A DNA stretch of 56,083 nt from Elusimicrobiota bacterium (GTDB taxonomy: Bacteria > CG03 > SLGR01 > JBDRKX01): assembly GCA_043813605.1 (NCBI GenBank), contig JBDRKX010000102.1, forward strand, positions 1 to 56,083, read 5' to 3'. Position numbers and translations under genes: made by a program. The notes beneath the pieces were generated by a model. The model worked only from the letters and a program-made list of their open reading frames with translations. It made no database searches and was not told the DNA's origin. Shown one piece after another: positions 23,001 through 25,538 of the stretch. Positions within the stretch are counted from its first letter, which is position 1. The number at the start of each line of letters is the position of its first letter.

Positions 23001-24652
23001 AGTAAAGTGACATTGAAACCCGATTGCTTGAGCTGATCCCGCATCGCTTTTCCTATTTCCCTTATGACGATCCTGTCAAGGAACCAGTCCTGGCCCAGGA
23101 AGAAGGATATGAGCGCAAGCGTCTGAGGAAGTACATCCTCATAACTCAGCACCGTATCACCGCGCATGAGCTGGTAATACCTTTTTGTCACCGTCTCATC
23201 ATGAGATGTGACCCTGGGCGCCACTATCGTATAATTGATAGCTTTTTCTTTCAGATGCCTTGCAACACCTTCCGAATGGAATCCTCCGGTTACCATCACG
23301 ATGTTCTTGTCCCGCCTGGAACGCTTTATAACGAAATTATCGACAAACCTCACATCCCTCTCGCATGCCATTGAATAAAAAACGCCCATTTCCTCGATAT
23401 AGGGTTTCAATGCAGACAAAAGGTCGTCTATACCGCCCATCTCCTCGTTATTTTTGAACATAAGCGCATTATAGGACCTTTCAAACTCATCTGCCCCTTC
23501 ATAGAACACATCCAGTTCTTCCCGTGTTATCTGGTTGAGAAGGAATTTTATCAGCGTCTGCACATAGTCAAGCACGTATACAAGGTCTTTTTCCGCCTGA
23601 TTCCCGCAAAGCCCGCTACAGACGGTCTTTATCACTTTATCTTCTTCAGTGAGCAATTTGTTCGTGTTTATCTGTTTGGAAAGCTCGATATTGTCGAAAA
23701 AACCGGCAAGTGTCGAATAATTCCTGTCCAGACGGGCTTTCTCATATATCTTTTCACGCCTGGATGTTGGAGTAGAAGACATGTGTTTCATTATCCTGAC
23801 TGTACCCGTATCCCCGGAATCTTTCTCATAATCCAGGTAGTTCAGAGTCTTCATAAGGTTGTCGTATTCTTTTACGATCTTCTCATCATCCAGGTCATGC
23901 CTGTTTTCAGTGAGTTTCATGAATTTGGCGTATTCGGTCGAAATACTGTTTATGGATTTTCCGGTCCGGTCAGCCCACTCTTTAAGGTACTTCAAGAAGA
24001 CATGAGGGCTGAGATTTCTCTGTTTATAAAGTATGTAATGGCTCCTGAATTTTTTGAGGTCGTTTGAGAATACCCTGTCTTCTACCATTTTCAGCAGGTA
24101 TTTTATCCTCTGAAGGTATTCCACTACCTGTTCGCGGTTGTTCAGTGATGAGAGAAGGACATCGCGGTTTTTGTCGTAGAGCTCACTGTCTTCTATACCA
24201 TAAACAGGAGGAGAGTTCTTTTTAAGCGCAGCAAACCCCTCTGCACCCTTTATCAGGCCGTTTTTCATGAAGAAATCGACTGATTCCTCCTTGCGGCTTG
24301 CGTTCGGTATAGACGATACTATGGAAAAATCTATCTTCTTGTCACTGGGACTGCCTTCAAGGCCTATTTTGCTGATACCGTAATTTGTGTCTATGTGCTC
24401 GAGTATACCGCTGATGTTTTTTTGTACTTCGAAATTCGCATGCAGGTCCTGAATAAGTATCACCATCGGGTATTTGTCACCGGCATTGAACCTTTCAACA
24501 ACCTGACCGCATTCAAACGGTACATCTATCTCATCTGAAGTTTCTATCTCTATACGGGCATAGGCATAATCATTCAGCACGAATACGGTCAAAAAGGATG
24601 TGACCAGTATCCAGCTCGTTATTTTAGTGATTATGTTGTCTAAAATCTTCAT
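5060..24652 (-). CDS. Giant multi-domain membrane protein 2 (6,530 aa), carrying many unrelated enzyme-like domains
   Basis: Uninterrupted 19,593-nt ORF with an N-terminal hydrophobic anchor (ITSWILVTSFLTVFVL). Several internal TM clusters and recognisable catalytic motifs are listed as separate features. The TAA stop (5060-5062) overlaps by 1 nt an upstream in-frame ATG of the small ORF A frame. Confidence 0.9.
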   Translation of the reverse strand: MKILDNIITKITSWILVTSFLTVFVLNDYAYARIEIETSDEIDVPFECGQVVERFNAGDKYPMVILIQDLHANFEVQKNISGILEHIDTNYGISKIGLEGSPSDKKIDFSIVSSIPNASRKEESVDFFMKNGLIKGAEGFAALKKNSPPVYGIEDSELYDKNRDVLLSSLNNREQVVEYLQRIKYLLKMVEDRVFSNDLKKFRSHYILYKQRNLSPHVFLKYLKEWADRTGKSINSISTEYAKFMKLTENRHDLDDEKIVKEYDNLMKTLNYLDYEKDSGDTGTVRIMKHMSSTPTSRREKIYEKARLDRNYSTLAGFFDNIELSKQINTNKLLTEEDKVIKTVCSGLCGNQAEKDLVYVLDYVQTLIKFLLNQITREELDVFYEGADEFERSYNALMFKNNEEMGGIDDLLSALKPYIEEMGVFYSMACERDVRFVDNFVIKRSRRDKNIVMVTGGFHSEGVARHLKEKAINYTIVAPRVTSHDETVTKRYYQLMRGDTVLSYEDVLPQTLALISFFLGQDWFLDRIVIREIGKAMRDQLKQSGFNVTLLDRVMAFGREWSKGYISLKTAGEKYNFYPEDKVFQDGYAYTYMNLAGKLVMLGINRSGKIKIVPEEEAKAIIHKARWNRVAAGINTLKNNPYKLSLRIKNFLNVKKAITGLYPMAQVSSEKGQVDIAAFNGWLESLNRQMIGVLKLVSVGNTHFVYNTEETLKKLKNSYLLREDADMFEKDLDGYLRSLIENNDWRIKALEGYTEKEVVDARGGISISMARDSRNRIQAQHTQGEGRGLPDVPNEQEHEQFARLVSGKEVAGITAEPETAAETTRRPKARLGVSGLINKYRYAIAIGGVSIAAVIAAILSGPMVAGSIAILGAVSLFFIWQNDQKTAMIPAAAREEAVTEEAEAPKQVSEKEYTDRLNKLVMELETLSKNAGYMNGMGQAWNALRTSKQLNEREKVLEERFNDLMELLREIPAGTADNTVASVRSKLEPSVASAEEAAVVPKAVVNELDRIRKALGDAGISKSVIESIINDIYQAARMQGKYENAGQFIKKLEEIFAGIAAAEEFVKMPARIRQAIIEEYLKNPVDLNVPLEKFLEPVRQWNKSNINGYLAQLDRIMNDIKVEKELAGKLDNKGLKQKMKAQVIQALKGRTVTSYNELERILKRIGVGKKPISAISGELGLIKNPENPAGILLNEGDAFLENDDNLYARKKYEEAIQLADQVADKNLKNALKQRAHLGSGRSWEKQGNTEAALGQYNLAEQNGLATAGLYGNINRILDINEKNSTDEKATSEAELKKAEEELEKVQAIEDGLNKDSIQLYIMYWRAKNSPILSAQDKRGTLEYAKAQTELDNIIGAIKKNAKKRNFDKAVQILDAEYKKAVENEEAKRKLLFDIDRIKNTISLNEEKLQALRETRTKTEEALAKVPIDEADLENRPDVFFKSAAMRTTPLRFGNSYRDIVAEFDALKAMHKMFPEHIAEPLAFKYGENGQVEGYYMKKAAGVPLGEYDKPLSKELLNRLKEVIIAMHKAGIVHGDFHEDNIYITEDGSNFMILDPVGYPLPGGKAHEGFMKSTFKKAVNDRDYGDLAGLNRILVRAGEKPVPVETIEVAKAEKAPKAVLTQTQIDNLTTVNAVLEQAEQALENDDLAAARKNFNLARNMVPNIRRMDQARDEVIGALSRLSRMRDQLTQKTVGVYKAKAEPKSDQFEKNIRAALPKSLKRTVKDDVVNALIGATPDQVSSFEKLNGLLSPIKGAGPKTIDAVAKALQLVKPSAEEILSETPDEEIISQLDEIPEEVRDLRVTEAAREAGKPVRSVGDALETTVGEMIDAYKTGGMQGVKELAEKAAGGVVIPGTAVLKKALELNRIPDNHPLKKIFENILNDTGKARQFDNSPASRLHMFLSELNTEDDMSLDALINALTSLDDSPDLSTLINNVRINDISLSQGMFKELEDYKGTLLSKKPDGDIDDIDNAMKTMGRRTGEEEKKLDGLIKNNQSRWMRESKGTPESSDRITVGHEGSQRTFSVTIRVISDRNLPEGIESLRFTGVDAESNRKVLVVVTRAPPESDIAQEAVFHEKQEAAWTAYLMKEAGLKGAKEIIHQSHILASADQVIKYGGINSLTPFHQQQVDDMQISQLQAIISEKPQDRQKHHDLVKQYLGEAAFNMVADYEDYVQAVINAKVKIVRPKPLAGMSTVDKVRRIAEGDEFSPESLLNALKEAFPEVESLYSEQVTWDNTLERHTLMLLGQFEKYFRGMEFPAGVDTGLFRLILALHDIGKPKALVEGTDEHEETARMMREMLGKLGYSSSQIAVAENLIDGESIGIVLKDSGKIDRAASIIRRGAQKAGIAAAAYFELSAIFFMCDAGSYTMDAGATEKGADDLFSFNPKEGRMWFSDITSINFRELESVIKDGSEIRLEEKLLEALVSGKTGKPAKKAKIISREMVSLPDMDRIQYNSILEYHIEESQKATSINENMEKWARNMPKDFDQLLEMFQETGNINALQALSQMMKGDGSRFKAYMDMMNSMLPKIKYIIAMKQQLGLDLASMFKAEWSAAVPGINGVTGGIVTMDTEQLIENLFFRTINDPLFRVLRYTSKQLAGKDILKNLRDDIYAEKIVNSPRDVPTIYRVMTREEFEIAKRLVQKNENRGITNEQSCFSGTPLRNKVIARYGQQDMLLVRIKGSGVYFHKGAEEKEVLIFHVEQIEEEQVLDDADVARAVEIDDKEVFAARAPISGLPPVPVGASVGALKRIGVRTAEDAAKLTQARAMEKEWAERASGVEKRVIKGEEITARLLVVDDNELPEGYWAHNFRDSSGNLVIVTGSRYQDESIFHESREAFWMEQLKGSGETPEDIQQIAHILASAEQVLRFGFTPGSAVPVITPNHVAQLNDPAMTQDMLKSIIGETDRSFQHGMISRYLTKIHGKDVLSRINAYESLVKITAHEKIINTQVDAFGFRYAPTPDNPQYNTIFNAEGEELAEIRFSETEDTFEVSDLFGYFAYQAPGKARLASIIRNYIRSLISLASDRGKSRFKAVKVVGTEIPRVLRIAVSDGLLKNVIVKDSKIGEIPLAEYLRSEEYKQTVENKTLFLEEISGDIVSERVAQLKAAAEKAVSILAEERLTSYSIVDGAHELHLNSEERDGKTIYQSGLVFNTEMIFGSLEKDEAIGSGGFMSCTGIVIQGRNRDTGKTEYAVAHVYPDNFGTDIAEVMNRLDNISIEKIGIFPTNESRGEDDGNYKQNNESVRTLLFELAKYGRAGNIKGVYVRRGNTAIKTLDVTVSEIILREAGFIKYKILSWDDDALWNSGLIMDIVNVPRTPAEMFETDRSIEREAQPVREIASAYETIEKTALKTPSAVPEKPTAGSRISRILNSFGSIFMANFAASSIIAALLTSDLVLAIRTLYYKGLLSQPWEIYDTTIRGSDMFNVGLPLLMGSIVAVLSILTVTLLGRRFNGIISGVGKWGAPTLITAMLLIGPMKLLANPGLYFDTVSKGDSQVTVIDATVSEKMRLENIVNNFPEEYTSDLRSILYVPRLQKVDANGNIVEDNGIHIPVHIHQIIRSLSARDLGSKDEFYECTIRHEIGHNVFWNVLTDTQKQAWIELSGRSKDMNDFVSNYAKTNYNEDFAETFMYFTTEPLGFASMAIGSDILLEKLMLMANLMIKDGVLKVYDRNGNFKEAKVSLVDGKLTSENLFEALTGVFYDEEMEGTERIDSKEVAHLEVEAGRTEAKASADVSAVSGRVVNLSDSPDTFTIDNTKPTYILVHGASDYTPETMKHIVDTARALGVNIVEFSYYWLNPIDDISGKFNRELAAFIESKGIENVTIVLHSYGTNVIRNAVLNDESGLYRNASVVELTPTIGGNESAANTSGGFRQALMKIISALGFRDYSNVSAVQDYNGTIQTRLFSKEAVSEFAGKIAGLKQVFIRGDSFNPDANSDARYQQLFNNGLGDNVVYLAPTTDDPHMEVLERDDVMNTIFKGITPTARIGSILNQITAPLGYNELMATRPELVGLTNGMTKPEYEKLQADKEIQKAMKEIVEFMYSVDPERAQELLGHAKHFVILDIPFQAMAFYEAGIIIIGKNHLENIRQDRSFAANVILVLAHEAKHIEDYNIGIMGDHSTLRVRAMEEERAYIETVTWMKKLAALGYGTQEEVDVQQFVTDHIKDNNYTGIVARMVTVDPSEDPETVVMKVIALADAAGYLAEIMGVSVDDLEFAAARVCTGGQPGEGMKLITSAVIFTEFTSKGVLHFATITKDGDVTVSTEQVGILEHVSRILDEDYSFENRQIFINSLIELAKTDKNAFGLLDNVRSGLTGIMDKLRGLNDEDSRYEYNAAERLLGILNEAMSEIRNALAPGEWSDAGAVGVISGIITALRRRREEEEKEPVTPDNEMRAFLSELGIEDKYHKDILANYKNINELRERAHIIQDIIDALQSATGIPDFTLSEWGQSSLQSTLLRRNDILSSGIQKGFEPAVFLNTMLLDLPNLTEPEIAGIRYLSSLLDVTRLRYNWKKGNNKWTFQAGINRGHDKAYRMENAMEIPDFLAVQEDLLSEDGTNLIPVIMNMIFDHVFDMNAGNIFGPIDFKAEKGSPDSRPAFFMFNETMYRDGDGNIVTDEYGRVRGRWPRRDPRITLIVTSEQRAILEPLIAEMFLGPVELREGKPFGVHHIVDFMVLDEGDIANLGRNVSITMHDGKVEVNEKTFDLSDNRPFDYDLGEWEAEPVSMPDKGMIAVPIGVGSFGRTTGAALNTSMYVAIRNADGSLTKILIDPHAEADRVLQARGLPTDVDYIIISHNHPDHIEGMLSGAQRGVQVIVEQGMVRKSMETILEQASKKSKLMTGQDLRKNVIFAEMNEDGKTIELPGGTKVILQMVEHSIPTAAIRIEAPKNVGGGVFVMASDIYNAETGILEEITIDDKGEEKVVLKKEKATDIVDFLFVGVDKLFIDAKKGDPVHQDVAKLVKAAGAHYGRTTDDITKNMLGIHYQDENDRQMTGLEPVSVGEVVKIGDPVFNGKAPVDSLVLANALENGYLNPIQKRQIRNLLKGKRGIFGRKSIEKSYKGEKLITQETIINKAFFIRKGSVRIIDEKTGKEIAIAGPGDIVGLSALSEKGVETNATVIAMTNIEYTPVYPGDLTKNVKKILLNTWKNQKHIADSTLFRSLPDNIRTLIASLVMEDSFQPGEDIIKENTTGDFIYILVEGSAQVLKKDEAGEDKYVANVELNDYFGEIALLNQDAVRTATVRAGSEGARIIAIHRGYFDAIYRKYPLVKSVIARTMQDRRIVVSEPAAETAPVKKAGILKPAVVAGLGIFAGILTFLGNVGTSVAAEIVMRGSQVLAVVKPGNSLWRIARQYLEGIGIDSPTNQQIANFVKEIISNNPKVALNPELIQPGQELLMKTVEPVKQAVQTIIDTAGPVAEPLKEQVVGKLTAAVPENLDLVVRDAAENVISAAQSIVEPSGLDNLITMMQTFVNSNYVWLAGAFALVIAGIIALGVWRNYRARKEAVKPAEEPVVSEKREVTEEEMGLPEMLAEMGMKADVIESLLASMSPEDRTGFRQQISSIIEVIEKSSDSDAARALTVRSLNLAVDNPRILPVLGKFFNLAATTPSINEDLIKHLGNLGAVFAFNKTQTGLEINPYIHEVIANTIEIPGVLGTLNTIANIINEYMSEERKPINLSDINNFFAELVGLDNLMNIGAKVLSTGITITDNIGPLVELDAIIELDGNIYIVEIKNADIKRFNNYVVKGTSAKYISKIAKIEKALVSEAGFSQLAGFIGKANVDKIVSQPVNILLAIPQQTALRGLNEDERSLDNVKEVFSGKDKRPIHSIISRLYRLSPEALVWLKGIIGDGVDTAISEWLRTFTNKSPPDIGMLRLPQTYQTVDAKEPIEYKHPYEFSFFISPQFDIFSTYNTDSVADRIISPREIEDIAPKAPAPVAEAAPEEKIPEIGSTRMTPGEIDAAIEEIRNIPLLDSNGNVMRDNIILKLEKYGQLGADMLKDIDGLNAQEFTDYDTEFVRSAAVALRVDIDEKDFVSIEGLAGILSVIAGKAAELIVFNGLVVSEFDPARTVDTGSAMDRLAGVDLPVVSEGNHIGDWKAGMTAFQENFTRYEEVYRQVLRPALFNQLSRMSQIDSGRLQERFHMSAENWAEFVYDFTLAFNFSGIYTGDTVNEPVLLSAFAGVYHGYTGSYTRDYHNWVDDMVKMGVSDRDAMRIVDEMAQEASVEKTRAFDTSAGDFAVKWDEMAAREPAVTTTGGNIWQRLISSVKRIPENFSEKSLLAAQLGIEELRTGEKTSYADGVLTINQATYRKIIELLDRSKDMNITVNVLRAMIAGYSSQNLHLTEYLEDYMEELAPHMTDIEAIALPIWFNTVFSFNKVKAGEEEISQFVALVMNLPEGQEMPEKALRIIEEVGRINMKFLGQKQIEDVPTSAGMVEVTEEKTLELKLKSGVRQLVMAISRLGKAVVTMPVTIVEMGLSGNKRWDAVAAAAFMGGGRVSILDLLDRHMRILTGRQLEPDESIIPNLNKVAGVFTAT
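5063..5790 (-). other. C-terminal ~230-aa domain shared with giant 1
   Basis: Giant 2 vs giant 1: GVLTINQATYRKIIELL vs GKLTVRSDIYEAIQEL; EAIALPIWFNTV vs EKIVLPVWFSWV; ALRIIEEVGRINMKFLGQ vs LGEVIETAERINEGFLGE; AVAAAAFMGGGRVSILDLLDRHM vs NTIAAYAFGNGGSIIDQLKASM; ESIIPNLNKV vs NDIVPNNLIESV. Confidence 0.65.
8476..8665 (-). other. LysM-like domain in a loop bounded by TM helices (TMs at about 8700-8785 and 8180-8250)
   Basis: LAVVKPGNSLWRIARQYLEGIGIDSPTNQQIANFVKEIISNNPKVALNPELIQPGQELLM fits the LysM pattern (V.pGdtLw.IA..y ... N ... l.pGq.L). Flanking TMs are AVVAGLGIFAGILTFLGNVG and YVWLAGAFALVIAGIIALGVW. Confidence 0.5.
8866..9200 (-). other. Cyclic-nucleotide-binding (CAP/cNMP) domain 2
   Basis: FQPGEDIIKENTTGDFIYILVEGSAQVLKKD...YFGEIALLNQDAVRTATVRAGSEGARIIAI carries the canonical FGE[IL]ALL ... 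RTATV.A signature. Confidence 0.75.
9262..9545 (-). other. Cyclic-nucleotide-binding-like domain 1 (more divergent)
   Basis: YKGEKLITQETIINKAFFIRKGSVRIIDEKTGKEIAIAGPGDIVGLSALSEKGVETNATVIAMTNIEY has the same beta-roll layout (G.GD.vG..AL ... atviA.t). Confidence 0.55.
9720..10480 (-). other. Metallo-beta-lactamase-fold domain
   Basis: KILIDPHAEADRVLQARGLPTDVDYIIISHNHPDHIEGML; the HxHxDH motif is encoded at 10262-10279. Confidence 0.7.
12300..12420 (-). other. Second HExxH zincin-like motif
   Basis: ANVILVLAHEAKHIEDYNIGIMGDHSTLRVRAMEEERAY: HEAKH with downstream acidic residues. A single motif only. Confidence 0.35.
12990..13420 (-). other. Alpha/beta-hydrolase (lipase/esterase-like) domain
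   Basis: KPTYILVHGASDYTPETMKHIV...ENVTIVLHSYGTNVIRNAVL...VELTPTIGGNE. The nucleophile-elbow-like HSYGT Ser codon is at 13172-13174. Confidence 0.55.
13760..13960 (-). other. Zinc metallopeptidase-like domain (HExxH + EDFAE)
   Basis: ECTIRHEIGHNVFWNVL (HEIGH encoded at 13904-13918) and NYNEDFAETFMYF (13769-13792). This pairing is typical of small zincin families. Confidence 0.6.
16040..16300 (-). other. Unassigned module, copy 2 (LPEG...IVTG...FHExxEAxW...AHILASAEQV)
   Basis: ITARLLVVDDNELPEGYWAHNFRDSSGNLVIVTGSRYQDESIFHESREAFWMEQL...IAHILASAEQVLRFG is paralogous to 18290-18620. Confidence 0.5.
16545..16790 (-). other. Possible ADP-ribosyltransferase-like R-S-E region
   Basis: TIYRVMTREEF ... 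SCFSGTPL ... GAEEKEVLIF spaced about 30 and 37 aa apart. This resembles the Arg / S-x-S / ExE[VIL]L layout of R-S-E ARTs. Weak, motif only. Confidence 0.25.
17550..17950 (-). other. HD-domain phosphohydrolase-like region
   Basis: LERHTLMLLGQFEKYF...LFRLILALHDIGKPKALVEGTDEHEETARMMREML...FFMCDAGS. The HD codons are at 17831-17836. Confidence 0.6.
18290..18620 (-). other. Unassigned module, copy 1 (LPEG...VVTR...FHExxEAxW...SHILASADQV)
   Basis: VTIRVISDRNLPEGIESLRFTGVDAESNRKVLVVVTRAPPESDIAQEAVFHEKQEAAWTAYL...HQSHILASADQVIKYG. Confidence 0.5.
19965..20345 (-). other. Protein-kinase-like (RIO/Kdo/APH-type) domain
   Basis: AMHKAGIVHGDFHEDNIYITEDGSNFMILDPVG: HGDxxxxN catalytic loop (HGD at 20048-20056) plus a DP metal-binding position. 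The N-lobe is poorly recognisable. Confidence 0.5.
23030..24652 (-). other. N-terminal module shared with giant 3
   Basis: See the alignment given for feature 2750..4379. Confidence 0.7.
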
Positions 24653-24660
24653 TTATTCAT

Positions 24661-24704
24661 AAAAAAAACCCGCACTCTGCTCATCTCTAAACAAAGTGCG
24701 GGTT
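24661..24704 (-). terminator. Conserved hairpin + T8, copy B, between small ORF B and giant 2
   Basis: Same 10-bp stem as copy A (AACCCGCACT / AGTGCGGGTT); the loop differs at 2 nt. The TAG stop of small ORF B (24687-24689) lies in the loop. The T8 run ends only 8 nt before the giant 2 ATG (24652). Confidence 0.7.
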
Positions 24705-25241
24705 AATTACTCGGGCATTAGATGCCCGCCCGTACATCAAAATTGGATTTATATCATACTTATCTGCCAGATTTTGGATACATTTATCCACAGGTGTGAT
24801 AAACTTAAGCCGCCATCTGGAATAATACTGAAAATCATCATCGGGAGGCCTGCACCTCCGTTTCAGATAGTCGGTAAAACTCTTTAAACAAACACTGACT
24901 GCAGCCAGTATCCCTATCAAAAAGACAAGGAACATTGACTCTTTGGAAGCAAAAAGCGCTCCACCCATGATAAGGAAAAGGAAATTGAATATTTTTCTCG
25001 AATCCTTATCGTTTGAATCTCCCGCTCTATTACTCGTTTCCTGTACACTGCCGGTAGCGGCTCCTTTGACACATCCATTGACTTCCATAACAGCGATCGA
25101 CGGATAATTCAGCGCGGTTTTCAGCAGTGAAACCGCTCCGGTAATGTTCTTCTGGATCTGAAAAGTCCCCAGAGAGGTGAAAGACAGTATTACCAATACA
25201 GTCAGTATCGACAGTATTTGTCTTTTGTTAGAGTTTTTCAT
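24687..25241 (-). CDS. Small three-TM membrane protein, paralogue B
   Basis: 184 aa with an N-terminal TM (ILSILTVLVILSFTSLG) and two central TMs. Conserved tail: QYYSRWRLKFITPVDKCIQNLADKYDINPILMYGRASNARVINPHFV. Confidence 0.8.
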   Translation of the reverse strand: MKNSNKRQILSILTVLVILSFTSLGTFQIQKNITGAVSLLKTALNYPSIAVMEVNGCVKGAATGSVQETSNRAGDSNDKDSRKIFNFLFLIMGGALFASKESMFLVFLIGILAAVSVCLKSFTDYLKRRCRPPDDDFQYYSRWRLKFITPVDKCIQNLADKYDINPILMYGRASNARVINPHFV

Positions 25242-25269
25242 TATATACTCTTTTCTATTAAAAGTATAC

Positions 25270-25321
25270 TGTGAAATTGTGAAAAATTTGAGTACGGAAT
25301 GTAAAATGTTTGTAAAATATT
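25270..25321 (-). promoter_or_regulatory. Phased direct repeats tgtgaaat / tgtgaaaaatt / tgagtacggaa / tgtaaaatgtt / tgtaaaatatt upstream of small ORF B
   Basis: 11-bp register read directly from the sequence. Lies 29-80 nt upstream of the ATG at 25241. Confidence 0.5.
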
Positions 25322-25453
25322 CATATTCAAAGTATCCTTTTAAGAACCGCTAAATTAATAACACGTAATTATGAATTAATCAAGAGAGGGGATTTTTAAC
25401 TATAAATCCATATTTATTAATAGAAATGAAAATCCGGGAGGGTAATAATACTC

Positions 25454-25496
25454 AAAAATAGAGATCCGGACTGCCCTTTCAGGAACAGTCCGGATC
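25454..25496 (-). terminator. Rho-independent terminator after giant 1
   Basis: Minus strand reads GATCCGGACTG-(12 nt)-CAGTCCGGATC followed by TCTATTTTTGAG: a perfect 11-bp stem, 43 nt after the TAA stop of giant 1. Confidence 0.75.
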
Positions 25497-25538
25497 ATGT
25501 ATTCGGGGAGAATATCTCCCTTTTCTAAAAGCCGACTT

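Noticed and set aside
25506-25526. A short + strand terminator-like hairpin (GGGAGA-ATA-TCTCCC followed by TTTTCT)
   Set aside because: No + strand gene ends here. It lies in the 3' UTR of giant 1 and is more likely incidental, or part of the minus-strand 3' end structure.
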